Shown piece after piece: positions 8,677 through 16,919 of a stretch of DNA of 50,797 nucleotides (within the stretch, counting starts at the first letter, position 1; each line of letters starts with the position of its first letter). This DNA is from Chloroflexota bacterium. GTDB lineage: Bacteria; Chloroflexota; Dehalococcoidia; E44-bin15. Made by a program: the position numbers and the translations under genes. The notes below the pieces were generated by a model that worked only from the letters and a program-made list of their open reading frames with translations, did no database searches and was not told the DNA's origin. The DNA lies in NCBI GenBank assembly GCA_034189695.1, contig JAXHUA010000139.1:1-50797 (forward strand), given 5' to 3'.

Positions 8677-9450
8677 CTAGCTCTCGTCTACCAGGTAGTC
8701 CCAGAGCTTCACGATGTGCGGTGGGTGCTGGGGCTGGAAGCGGAGATGGTTTGGCGTGGGATAGCGCGCGATGCCGGCGCGGTGGCCTGCCTCAAGCCCG
8801 CTGACCACGCGGTCGATTTTGCTCATGGGGATGGCGATGGCCATCTCGCTGTCCTGGGTTGAGCAGTTGATGCGCTCGCCGGGGCCGGGCATCACAAGCT
8901 GGCACTCGTCGGTGACGATGGGCAGGGCAACGCTGTTGGCGCAGCTTGCTCCGGAGTTCACACTGAAGGTGAGAGGACTCCCTTCTCCGGTCAGTCTTCC
9001 CTGTATCAGTCGCATCACCTGCGCCGGGCTGCCGTACACCACGACGACGTGAGGCTCAAAGTCAGCCCGCTCAAGGGGGGCTATCAGAACGTGGCTATAG
9101 AGCGCGTACTCCAGCCGGGGGAAGCTTCGGGCGCTCGCCGCCGCAGTCTCCTTGCCCTGACCCAGCGATTCGCCGAAGCTGCCGTCAACCCACCCTTCCT
9201 TTGGGTACAGGAAGCCGAGGCTGAGGGCTCCCAGAGAGCAACTGGAATCCTCCAGGGCCTGGGCTACCACCCAGCCGTAGCGGCGGGCCATGGTGAGCGC
9301 CTGGCACAGGGCGACCTTTAAGCCGAGGTCTCGCATGGGGAGCCTGACTCGCTCCGGCAGCTCATCCGACTGGCACATTCGCACGGCCAGGGGGAAGGTC
9401 TGGGGCCGGAGATAGGTGTTCACCGCTTCATTGATCTCTTTAAGCTCCAA
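8677..9450 (-). CDS. DUF169 domain-containing protein
   Basis: 257 aa. N-terminus EINEAVNTYLRPQTFPLAVRM...LCQALTMARRYGW and overall length match my recollection of the DUF169 (COG2043) family. No catalytic motif known. Confidence 0.7.
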   Translation of the reverse strand: MELKEINEAVNTYLRPQTFPLAVRMCQSDELPERVRLPMRDLGLKVALCQALTMARRYGWVVAQALEDSSCSLGALSLGFLYPKEGWVDGSFGESLGQGKETAAASARSFPRLEYALYSHVLIAPLERADFEPHVVVVYGSPAQVMRLIQGRLTGEGSPLTFSVNSGASCANSVALPIVTDECQLVMPGPGERINCSTQDSEMAIAIPMSKIDRVVSGLEAGHRAGIARYPTPNHLRFQPQHPPHIVKLWDYLVDES

Positions 9451-9480
9451 CTTACTCCTCCTGAACTAGTGGCATCGATG

Positions 9481-10572
9481 CTATGCAGAGGCTTGAATGC
9501 TCTTCACTACTTCCACCGCCAGCGCCCGGCGGTCAGCCGGTGGCGTGAGGGCTCCGGTCATCTCGACCAGGTTGATGGCACCCTCGGCGCAACCTGAGGC
9601 GCAGACGCCGCAGCCGATACAGCGGTCCTTGTCCCATTCCGGCACGTCTGCGTCGCCAATGGCCAGGGCGTTCGCCGGGCAGCGGTCTACGCAGGTGCCG
9701 CAGAGCGTGCACAGCCCCGGGTCGAAGGATGGCTCGAAGGTGTGGACGATGGCCTGCGACGGCTTCGGCTGCCTCAGGACAGGAACGAGGATGGCACAGT
9801 GACACGGGCAGCAGTTGCATATGAAATCCAGTTTCTGCATGTTGACGCATGCATGTACCAGGCCCGCCTCCTCCGCCTGACGCATGACGTCCGCTGCTTC
9901 CTCCTTGCTCACCCTTCGCGCAATGCGCCTTTCGATGACGTTCTCGGCGGTCCTGCCGAAGGCGATGCAAACCTCCATGGGCATGCCGCAGACGTCGTTC
10001 GGGTCGACCAGTCGCGCCTCGTGGCGGCAGTAGCAGGTGCCCAATGAGATGGGGTCGGCCTCTTCGAGATAGGCCATGACTTGGTCGTACGTCCGGACGC
10101 TGTGCCTGGCATCGATGTGTCTGTCCACCGGGATAACCCGCCCCATCGGGTACCTGACCCGCGGCCGCCCGCCGGAGGCGGCGGCCACAGCGTTTCTGAA
10201 GCCGTTGATGGCTCTGGCGATCTCGTAGTCCCTGTGGGTCGTCGTCCCGCGCATGAACTGCAATTCGAATATGCCCGGCATAAGGGGGAGAGCGGAATAG
10301 ACGCGGGTCCCCTCCTTTACGAACGACATGATAAGGCCCTTGTCGGCCATGCCCTCCAGTATCGGAGTGACTTCGACTTCGCTCCTGCCTATCGCCTCTG
10401 CGATCGCGCCTGGTACGCAAGACCCCTGGGGCATGGCGTTGCTGACGCCGGCCTCTTCTGGAGTGAAGAGCACCCTCACCATTTCATCGAACTCAGGGAT
10501 ACTCAAGTCCCAGCCCACGTGGCCGCGCCTGGCCATCGTCTCTCTCAATCGCTCATATGCTTCATCGCTCAC
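9481..10572 (-). CDS. 4Fe-4S dicluster domain protein with N-terminal winged-helix-like region
   Basis: C-terminal CTLCGTCVDRCP and CIGCGVCASGCA ferredoxin motifs, plus an additional CYCRHE...CGMP...C and CNCCPCHC Cys-rich region. GTG 10572 sits 8 nt after GGGAGG and 7 nt after the TetR stop. The longer ORF to 10650 would overlap tetR by 88 nt. Confidence 0.7.
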   Translation of the reverse strand: MSDEAYERLRETMARRGHVGWDLSIPEFDEMVRVLFTPEEAGVSNAMPQGSCVPGAIAEAIGRSEVEVTPILEGMADKGLIMSFVKEGTRVYSALPLMPGIFELQFMRGTTTHRDYEIARAINGFRNAVAAASGGRPRVRYPMGRVIPVDRHIDARHSVRTYDQVMAYLEEADPISLGTCYCRHEARLVDPNDVCGMPMEVCIAFGRTAENVIERRIARRVSKEEAADVMRQAEEAGLVHACVNMQKLDFICNCCPCHCAILVPVLRQPKPSQAIVHTFEPSFDPGLCTLCGTCVDRCPANALAIGDADVPEWDKDRCIGCGVCASGCAEGAINLVEMTGALTPPADRRALAVEVVKSIQASA

Positions 10573-11188
10573 CCTGAGGCACCTCCCGTCCTGAATCGCC
10601 TGTGTTGTCGCCTTTGAGAAGCCTGTCGAAGACAATCTGCTCGAATGCACGCAGCGGCGCCGTGCTCTTCATCACCTTCGCCTGGAGCAAGGCGCCCTGC
10701 CAGCCGCCGACGACGAACTCGCACAGTTGGGCAATGTCGAGGTAGTCGGGTATCTCTCCTGTCTCCCGGGCTTCCTTGAGGAGGGCGAGGATGCGCTCCT
10801 TGATAGCGGCGAACGCTCCCTCCAGCTTCTGGCGGAAGCTCTCGCTCACGTCGGCCATTTCCATCGAGAGATTGCCGATAGGGCAGCCTCCCTTGAAGTC
10901 GTTACTCTCAAGGGCGGTGAAGGTCCAGTCGAAGAATGCTCTGACCTTCGACAGCGGCGATCTGCTGGTATCGTTCTGGAGCCTCTCGGCCCATGCGATG
11001 ATGCCGTCGATGTAGTGGTCGATGAGCTGTAGCCCGAAGTCCTCCTTGCTCTTGAAGTAGAAGTAGAAGGAGCCCTTCGGGATGCCGGCGGCGGTGACCA
11101 GTTCCTCGATACCGGTGCTGTGGAAGCCGTTGACCCTGACGATATCCGCCGTTGCCTTCAGGATCTCCGCTTTGGTATGCGACTTCAT
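10562..11188 (-). CDS. TetR/AcrR family transcriptional regulator
   Basis: N-terminal HTH ILKATADIVRVNGFHSTGIEELVTAAGIPKGSFYFYFKSKEDF is a classic TetR signature. Start taken as ATG 11188 (MKSHTK). Confidence 0.85.
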   Translation of the reverse strand: MKSHTKAEILKATADIVRVNGFHSTGIEELVTAAGIPKGSFYFYFKSKEDFGLQLIDHYIDGIIAWAERLQNDTSRSPLSKVRAFFDWTFTALESNDFKGGCPIGNLSMEMADVSESFRQKLEGAFAAIKERILALLKEARETGEIPDYLDIAQLCEFVVGGWQGALLQAKVMKSTAPLRAFEQIVFDRLLKGDNTGDSGREVPQGER

Positions 11189-11287
11189 GTGCAGTCCCCG
11201 TGCTTCGGTTGGTGCTCGATAAGCCTTGCTTGGCTGGACCCGGGTCAATGCCTGTAGTTATAGTAGAACGGTCGACTAGTATTGAGC

Positions 11288-11317
11288 ATGATAAAACAAC
11301 CACGTTCTTGCTGTCAA
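11288..11317 (-). promoter_or_regulatory. Candidate promoter for the tetR/Fe-S/DUF169 operon
   Basis: Minus strand TTGACA-N18-TATCAT, followed by an ACTAGTCGAC palindrome-rich stretch that could be the TetR operator. Confidence 0.35.
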
Positions 11318-11370
11318 CCCTGACTGCCTCAGTCGACAGGGCGGTCAAACGCCAGTATCGTCGGGGTGCT

Positions 11371-12930
11371 CTAGGTCACACCCTGGGCGTATTGCGCTCT
11401 CAACTCAGACTTCCTGACCTTGGTAGTTGAGGTGAGAGGCAGCTCTTCCACAATTTTGACGTGTGTCGGATACTTGAACTTGCTGACCTTGCCCTTGAGG
11501 AACTCCAGAACGTCTTCGGCGGCTACGGTCTCGCCCGGGTTCGGCAGGATGAAGGCCATCCCGGTCTCACCCCACCTGTCGTCGGGGACTCCGATGATAG
11601 CGGCGTTGGCTATGTTGGGGTGACCGCAGAGTATCTTCTCGACCTCCGCGGGATAGACGTTCTCGCCCCCGCTGCGATACATGTCTTTGACCCTGTCCAC
11701 TATGTAGAAGAATCCCTCGTCGTCCATGTAGCCTAGGTCGCCGGTGTGCAACACCCCATCGACTATAGCCTCTTGTGTTGCCTGCGGCATGTTCCAGTAG
11801 CCGCTCATCACGGTGGGACCGCTGGCAACGATCTCACCGATTTCGTTGGGCTTCAGCCTGTTTCCGTCCATGTCGGCAATCCATATGTCGGTGAAGAAGC
11901 CTGGCTTGCCCACGGAGCCCATCTTGCGGAAGATGTCCTCTTTGGGAAGCAGCATCATGGCGGAGTTCTCTGTCTGGCCGAATCCCTGTTGCATGTAGAG
12001 ACCGCGCTTCGCCAGCTCCTCGAAGAGACTCGGCGGCGTGCGCTCCCCACCTCCGATTACAGCCCGTACGCTGCTCGCGTCGATCTGGTCGAGCTTGCCG
12101 GTGGCGAGGATCAGCTTCCACATGGTAGTGAGAGCGAAGACGATCGTCGCTTTGTACGTCTGGATGTCCTCAGCGAATTCGTCGGGATTGAATCCCCGTC
12201 GCATGACCATCGTCATACCTGCGTTGAGCGCGGGACTGGCCACGATGAAGAGGCCGCCTGAGTGAAATAGCGGCATCTGGGCTATCATGACATCATCTGG
12301 CGTCAGGCCCGCGTAGAGGCTCACCTGGTAGTTCTTGAAGTAGGTCTGCTCGTGAGTCAGGACGGCGCCTTTGGGATCGCCGGTTGTCCCAGATGTATAC
12401 AGGATCGCGAGTGGGTCATCCATCATGACCGGCGCATCCGGCATCGGTTCACTTGTGGACTGTCCTTTGACCAGCTCGCGGTAGTCAACGGCCCAGTCCG
12501 GTTTCTCTGGCTGCCCGGGCTGATCGCTCTGGAGGTAAATGAACTGGTCTTCCTTCACCTTCGTTTGGTTGCGAATCTGGTCGACGTTTCCGATGAACTG
12601 GTCATGGAATAGCAGCAAGCTTACACTACAGTCGTTCAACTGGTACTGAAGTTCGCGAGGCACCATACGCCAGCTCAGCGGCACGAAGGTCAACCCTAGC
12701 TTTGCTGCTGCGAAGAATGTCTCCAGGAACTCCATGCAGTTCAGGAGCAACACAGCTACTCGGTCGCCCTTCTTCAGTCCTCTGCTCTGTAGCATGTGTG
12801 CGCAGCGGTTCACCCCGTCATTTAGCTGCTGATAAGAGACGTGCTCGCCCTCACAGACCACGGCAGTCTTGTCCGGGTGCAGTTCTGCTCTCCTCCGAGT
12901 TATGTATCCGACTCCCCATGGTACTGACAT
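11371..12930 (-). CDS. AMP-dependent acyl-CoA synthetase/ligase (long-chain-fatty-acid-CoA ligase-like)
   Basis: AMP-binding motif ILYTSGTTGDPKGAVLTH, then GYGQTE-like QGFGQTEN, TGDLGYMDDEGFFYIVDRVKD and a C-terminal KVRKSELR. ATG 12930 lies 8 nt after AGGAGGAGG. Confidence 0.85.
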   Translation of the reverse strand: MSVPWGVGYITRRRAELHPDKTAVVCEGEHVSYQQLNDGVNRCAHMLQSRGLKKGDRVAVLLLNCMEFLETFFAAAKLGLTFVPLSWRMVPRELQYQLNDCSVSLLLFHDQFIGNVDQIRNQTKVKEDQFIYLQSDQPGQPEKPDWAVDYRELVKGQSTSEPMPDAPVMMDDPLAILYTSGTTGDPKGAVLTHEQTYFKNYQVSLYAGLTPDDVMIAQMPLFHSGGLFIVASPALNAGMTMVMRRGFNPDEFAEDIQTYKATIVFALTTMWKLILATGKLDQIDASSVRAVIGGGERTPPSLFEELAKRGLYMQQGFGQTENSAMMLLPKEDIFRKMGSVGKPGFFTDIWIADMDGNRLKPNEIGEIVASGPTVMSGYWNMPQATQEAIVDGVLHTGDLGYMDDEGFFYIVDRVKDMYRSGGENVYPAEVEKILCGHPNIANAAIIGVPDDRWGETGMAFILPNPGETVAAEDVLEFLKGKVSKFKYPTHVKIVEELPLTSTTKVRKSELRAQYAQGVT

Positions 12931-13221
12931 GTCTACGACCTCCTCCTGCATTAGTGCAGGGACTCTGCCGAATCCCTTCGCAAGAACCCCAGAGGCTCCG
13001 GCGTCGGTAGCGCAGGAGCGCTACTGCTCAACATGCTGAGTTGAGGCTCACGAACACCAAAGACATAAGCCTGGATTGAGTGCCATCCGCATGTCGGATT
13101 CTACTCAATAAGGCCGTATAGAGCAATGACCTTCTCCAGGACGTTTGTCTGGGTTGCTCAGGTTGAGCAGGCAAAGGAGGACGGTCGCCGAAACGTTACT
13201 GGTCGAGCCAGACAGAATGGA

Positions 13222-13983
13222 CTAGTGTGGCTTCAGGTGGGGCACCAGCGAATGGGGCTTCTCCTGGCCATGTTCTTCCATCAGTCTGTCGTCGCCCATT
13301 ATCTGGCGGGAATCGCCATCAGCGATGACACGCCCCTTGTCGATGAGCACCACGCGGCTGCACACTTCGAGGAGAAGCTCGAGATCGTGGGAGGCGACTA
13401 TCATCGTCTCAGCGGAGCCCTGGAGCAGGCGAATGAGGCGACGCCGCGAGCGGATGTCGAGGTTGGCGCTCGGCTCGTCGTACAGTATGAGCTGCGGGTG
13501 CATCGCCAGCACGCCAGCGATGGACACCATGCGCTTCTCCCCCTCTGACAGGTGATGTACCGGCCTGGCGGCGAGGCCGGCGCAGCCAACGGTGGACAGC
13601 GCCTGCGCGGCTCTTGCCTCGACCTCGTCTCTGGGCAGCTTCATGTTCCTCAACCCGAAGGCGACGTCGTCATACACTGAAGGACAGAACAGCTGGTCGT
13701 CCGGGTTCTGGAAAACGAGGCCAACATCGGGACGGAACTGCCGGCTGGCCACCGGCTTGCCCATCACCACTACCTCGCCGGCGGTCGCCTCGAGCAGGCC
13801 GCAGATGATAAGGAACAGGGTGGTCTTTCCCGCGCCGTTGGGTCCGATGAGTCCGATGTGTTCCCCGGGCATCACCCGAAGGCTGACATCCTTCAATACA
13901 TCTGGCTGATCGGGATAGGAGAAGCATAGACCGGACACTGTAAGGACCGGGTCGTCAGGCAGTTCGACCATCTCTGCTGGCAT
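13222..13983 (-). CDS. cbiO: ECF transporter ATPase component (CbiO/NikO type)
   Basis: Walker A GPNGAGKTT, signature LSEGEKRMV, Walker B LILYDEPSANLD. Last gene of the cbiM-cbiQ-cbiO arrangement. Confidence 0.85.
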   Translation of the reverse strand: MPAEMVELPDDPVLTVSGLCFSYPDQPDVLKDVSLRVMPGEHIGLIGPNGAGKTTLFLIICGLLEATAGEVVVMGKPVASRQFRPDVGLVFQNPDDQLFCPSVYDDVAFGLRNMKLPRDEVEARAAQALSTVGCAGLAARPVHHLSEGEKRMVSIAGVLAMHPQLILYDEPSANLDIRSRRRLIRLLQGSAETMIVASHDLELLLEVCSRVVLIDKGRVIADGDSRQIMGDDRLMEEHGQEKPHSLVPHLKPH

Positions 13984-14060
13984 CTTATCACATCATCCCT
14001 TTTCTCGGAGCACCGACGCGATGTCGCAGGGCGATGTCGCAGGCAGTTCCTTCTGACTGA

Positions 14061-14822
14061 TCAGATGAGGTACTCCGCCGCGATGAATGCCCCTGCCACC
14101 ACGAGGGCCCCGACAAAGGCGATAACATCACCTCGGTTCGCCTGGAATTCGCCCCGCCCATGCTCGCCCTCGCCATAGCCGCGTAGTATCATTGCCTTGT
14201 ACACCCACTCGGAACGCTCGTAGCTGCGCACCAGGATGCTGCCACCCAGCCACGCCAGGGTGCGGAGGCCGTCGATGCTCACAAGCCGTTCTCGAAACCC
14301 ACGGAGCCTCATCGCTGCCTCCATCCTGTGGAGGTAGTCGCCTATCTCGAACATGTAGCGGTACGCGAGCAGCGCCATATCGGTCAGGATGTCGGGGACT
14401 CGCAGGGCGTGCATCGCCTCAACAGTCCTCAGGAAAGACGCCGTCCCGAACAGGACGAGGCCAACGGTCAGAATACAGAGGAACCTGGTGGCTATGAGGA
14501 TGGCGGCGATGAGACCTTCCTGCCGCACGTCGATCGGTCCAAGGCTGACGAGGGTGGTCTGGCCAGACAGGAAAGGGAGGAGCAGCACCACTACCACCAC
14601 GAAGAGCGAGGGGTAGCGCAATCGAGTGAAAAGGAATGACGGCGGCAGACGGGACAACGAATAGGCCACGGCGGTCGCCAGGAGCATCGCCGGCAACATG
14701 CGGAGGTCACGAACGAAAGCAAAGGCGAAGATCAGTGCCATAAGGCCGACCAGCTTGTACCTTGCGTCCCAGCGATGCAGCGGGGAGCTAAGGTGAACGT
14801 ATTCGTCGAAGCCGAACTTCAT
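14061..14822 (-). CDS. cbiQ: ECF transporter T component (CbiQ/NikQ)
   Basis: 253-aa polytopic membrane protein, LHRWDARYKL N-terminus, conserved ARG-type motif AMRLRGF. ATGA overlap with the cbiM stop. Confidence 0.8.
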   Translation of the reverse strand: MKFGFDEYVHLSSPLHRWDARYKLVGLMALIFAFAFVRDLRMLPAMLLATAVAYSLSRLPPSFLFTRLRYPSLFVVVVVLLLPFLSGQTTLVSLGPIDVRQEGLIAAILIATRFLCILTVGLVLFGTASFLRTVEAMHALRVPDILTDMALLAYRYMFEIGDYLHRMEAAMRLRGFRERLVSIDGLRTLAWLGGSILVRSYERSEWVYKAMILRGYGEGEHGRGEFQANRGDVIAFVGALVVAGAFIAAEYLI

Positions 14823-15460
14823 ACAGCAACCAGCAGTCCCGGTCGTACCCGCTGGAGGAACATCGCCACCGCGGCGGTGAAGACGCCTTCGATGAACATG
14901 AGTGGTACGTGTGCCAGGGCCAGGGCGAAAACCGCCGCCCGCTCGGTGGCCACGTCAAAGCCACTGGGAATGAAGAAAATCAGCAGCGGCACGAAGATGG
15001 CTACCGATGCGGCGAGGGCGAAGAAGCCGGCAATGAAGCCGAATATGCCGGTCTTCAATCGGGAAGCCTCGCCCTTGAAGTTCCGCAGCCTGAATACGTA
15101 GTGCGCCAGTAGTGCGGGTACCCCCATGATGATGGCGTTTACCCCCAGCGTGGTCAGTCCGCCATGCTGGAACATCACTGCCTGGAAGAATAGCCCGATA
15201 AGGATGGCGGGGAAGGCGTAGAAGCCCAGGATGGCCCCCAGCAGCCCGTTGAGTACCAGATGAACACTGGTCGGCGGCACCGGAATGTGAATCCACGAGA
15301 CAACGAAGAAGGCCGCGGTGAGGAGGGAAGCCTTGGGGATATGTTCCCTGGGGTCACCCGCTTTCCTGATTCTGCGGAGCGAGTACCAGGCAACGGGCAC
15401 GGTGGCGGCGTAGCCGGTGGCCCATACCTGCGCCGGGAGCAGCCCGTCGGGGATATGCAT
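14819..15460 (-). CDS. cbiM: ECF transporter substrate-specific component CbiM/NikM (Ni/Co)
   Basis: Start MHIPDGLL, the hallmark N-terminus of CbiM/NikM with metal-ligating His2. About 213 aa, multi-TM. Start shares one nt with the upstream stop (TGATG). Confidence 0.85.
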   Translation of the reverse strand: MHIPDGLLPAQVWATGYAATVPVAWYSLRRIRKAGDPREHIPKASLLTAAFFVVSWIHIPVPPTSVHLVLNGLLGAILGFYAFPAILIGLFFQAVMFQHGGLTTLGVNAIIMGVPALLAHYVFRLRNFKGEASRLKTGIFGFIAGFFALAASVAIFVPLLIFFIPSGFDVATERAAVFALALAHVPLMFIEGVFTAAVAMFLQRVRPGLLVAV

Positions 15461-15906
15461 CAGGCCCTCCTTCGTAGCACGTACAACGCTGTCCCTATCA
15501 GCCCCCACACGACACAGAGCGACATCAGTACGATTTGAAGAACGCTGTAGCCACCGCCGCTGCTTGCCGCAGTTCCCCCACCCACGGCAATATGAACGAT
15601 GTCGCCGTGGCCGGCAAGACGCACCTGCACGTCCCAGGTGCCCGGTTTGGAGGTGTCGGGGCTGAAACTGAACCGGCCTTCCTCGTCACAGACACCAGTG
15701 AGCCAGGGGGTGCTCAGTTCGTCGGGGGCGTATACCGCCACCTGAGCGCCGGCCATCGGTTCGCCCGTGTCGTATGCAGCAACAATCTCGACCACCGTGC
15801 TGGAGGTGTAATAGATGTCTACGCCGTGGGCATACACCGTCGTCGGAACGAGAAGGGCGATGACGACAAAGGCCAGATATACTCCGAGCTTCCACTTCCT
15901 ATCCAT
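15460..15906 (-). CDS. Bitopic extracytoplasmic beta-sandwich protein, accessory component of the Ni/Co ECF transporter (NikL-like?)
   Basis: N-terminal signal/TM (KLGVYLAFVVIALLVPTTVYAHG), a ~90-aa beta-rich domain (carboxypeptidase-regulatory-like GRFSF...GTWDV), and a C-terminal TM ending RRRA. Translationally coupled to cbiM. Confidence 0.5.
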   Translation of the reverse strand: MDRKWKLGVYLAFVVIALLVPTTVYAHGVDIYYTSSTVVEIVAAYDTGEPMAGAQVAVYAPDELSTPWLTGVCDEEGRFSFSPDTSKPGTWDVQVRLAGHGDIVHIAVGGGTAASSGGGYSVLQIVLMSLCVVWGLIGTALYVLRRRA

Positions 15907-15926
15907 GGCCTGGCCCCCGTTCCGAA

Positions 15927-16745
15927 TCATGACTCAGGTTGCTTGTCGCAGTAGCAGTGACCCTCGCCAACGTGCCCCAGCGTTGGAAGCGTGTTGACCA
16001 GTGTCTGGTAGTCTTGCAGTGAGAGCTTGGCCTCAAGGCTGGCCAGGTCTTCATCCACTACGCCATTGTCGGCCAGTGCAGCGAACGGATCGAAGCCTGT
16101 AGCCCCGGTGTTAACGTGGTCATCGGCCGGGGCGTCGAAATCCCCGAAGACGTGGTCGAAGTGGAATGTCATCTCGACATCAGCCGTGTCGCCGCCCTCC
16201 ACTATGCCCTTGCGCTCGTCGCCGACGTATTCGCCACAGCAGTACGTGTACTCCTCTTCGATGCTGATGGTGAAGTCAATAGTGTGTCCATCCTTCTCCG
16301 CCGTACCCACGACGACCAGGGCGTAGCCCTCGGCTGGCCCCGAGGAGGCCTTCGTCATCTTCCAGGAAACGGCGTTGTAGAGGCCCACAGCCGCGTTTTC
16401 CACCTCCCCCACAAGAATGGGGTCGGCGCTTTCGTCTCCCTCAGCCAGGTCCACGGTGTATGCCGAGGGCAGGCTGGCCTCGACATCGCCCTCTATGGTC
16501 GCGCTTGTATGGGGGTCGTATGGTGGGTCTGTCTGATAGGCTGTCACCTCAGCAAGGTGGACATATACGTGGTCGAAGGTAATACTCCAACCATCTTTGG
16601 AGACAAACCCCTCTCGGACGAAGTCCTCGCCATTGGCGAGGAACTGCAATGTCCCCGCTGCTGCGGTCCCACCACAACTGATGAGTGCAACAGCGACGAG
16701 CAGCAGCGTAACAATAACCGCGACAGTCGTTGTTCTGACCATCAA
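15927..16745 (-). CDS. Secreted lipoprotein, putative extracytoplasmic metal-binding partner of the ECF transporter (NikK-like?)
   Basis: Signal peptide plus lipobox LISCGG. Acidic and His-containing mature domain. First gene of the ECF operon, preceded by AAAGGAGG. Confidence 0.5.
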   Translation of the reverse strand: MMVRTTTVAVIVTLLLVAVALISCGGTAAAGTLQFLANGEDFVREGFVSKDGWSITFDHVYVHLAEVTAYQTDPPYDPHTSATIEGDVEASLPSAYTVDLAEGDESADPILVGEVENAAVGLYNAVSWKMTKASSGPAEGYALVVVGTAEKDGHTIDFTISIEEEYTYCCGEYVGDERKGIVEGGDTADVEMTFHFDHVFGDFDAPADDHVNTGATGFDPFAALADNGVVDEDLASLEAKLSLQDYQTLVNTLPTLGHVGEGHCYCDKQPES

Positions 16746-16919
16746 AGACCTCCTTTGTTCAGTTTACTTCATAGAACGCGGTTCGCGTACATCCTTCTAG
16801 CTATTACCGCCCAGCCGTGCCAACGGCTACCCGGCGGCGTGACTTCCGTCGTTGTTCCCTGTCATGTAACGGTCCAGGCGGGTATCTTGTCCAGATGTTG
16901 CTATGAGAATGTGATTCAG

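Noticed and set aside
16746-16919. Possible cobalamin riboswitch in the leader of the cbiM-type ECF operon
   Set aside because: The minus strand shows AGGGAA...GGAAGTC...GGGCGGTAA...GAAGG, vaguely like the 5' core of B12 riboswitches, plus a nested GC hairpin. The conserved GCCACTG/B12-box half is absent and the remaining leader is too short. Running the Rfam cobalamin and NiCo covariance models over this region would settle it.
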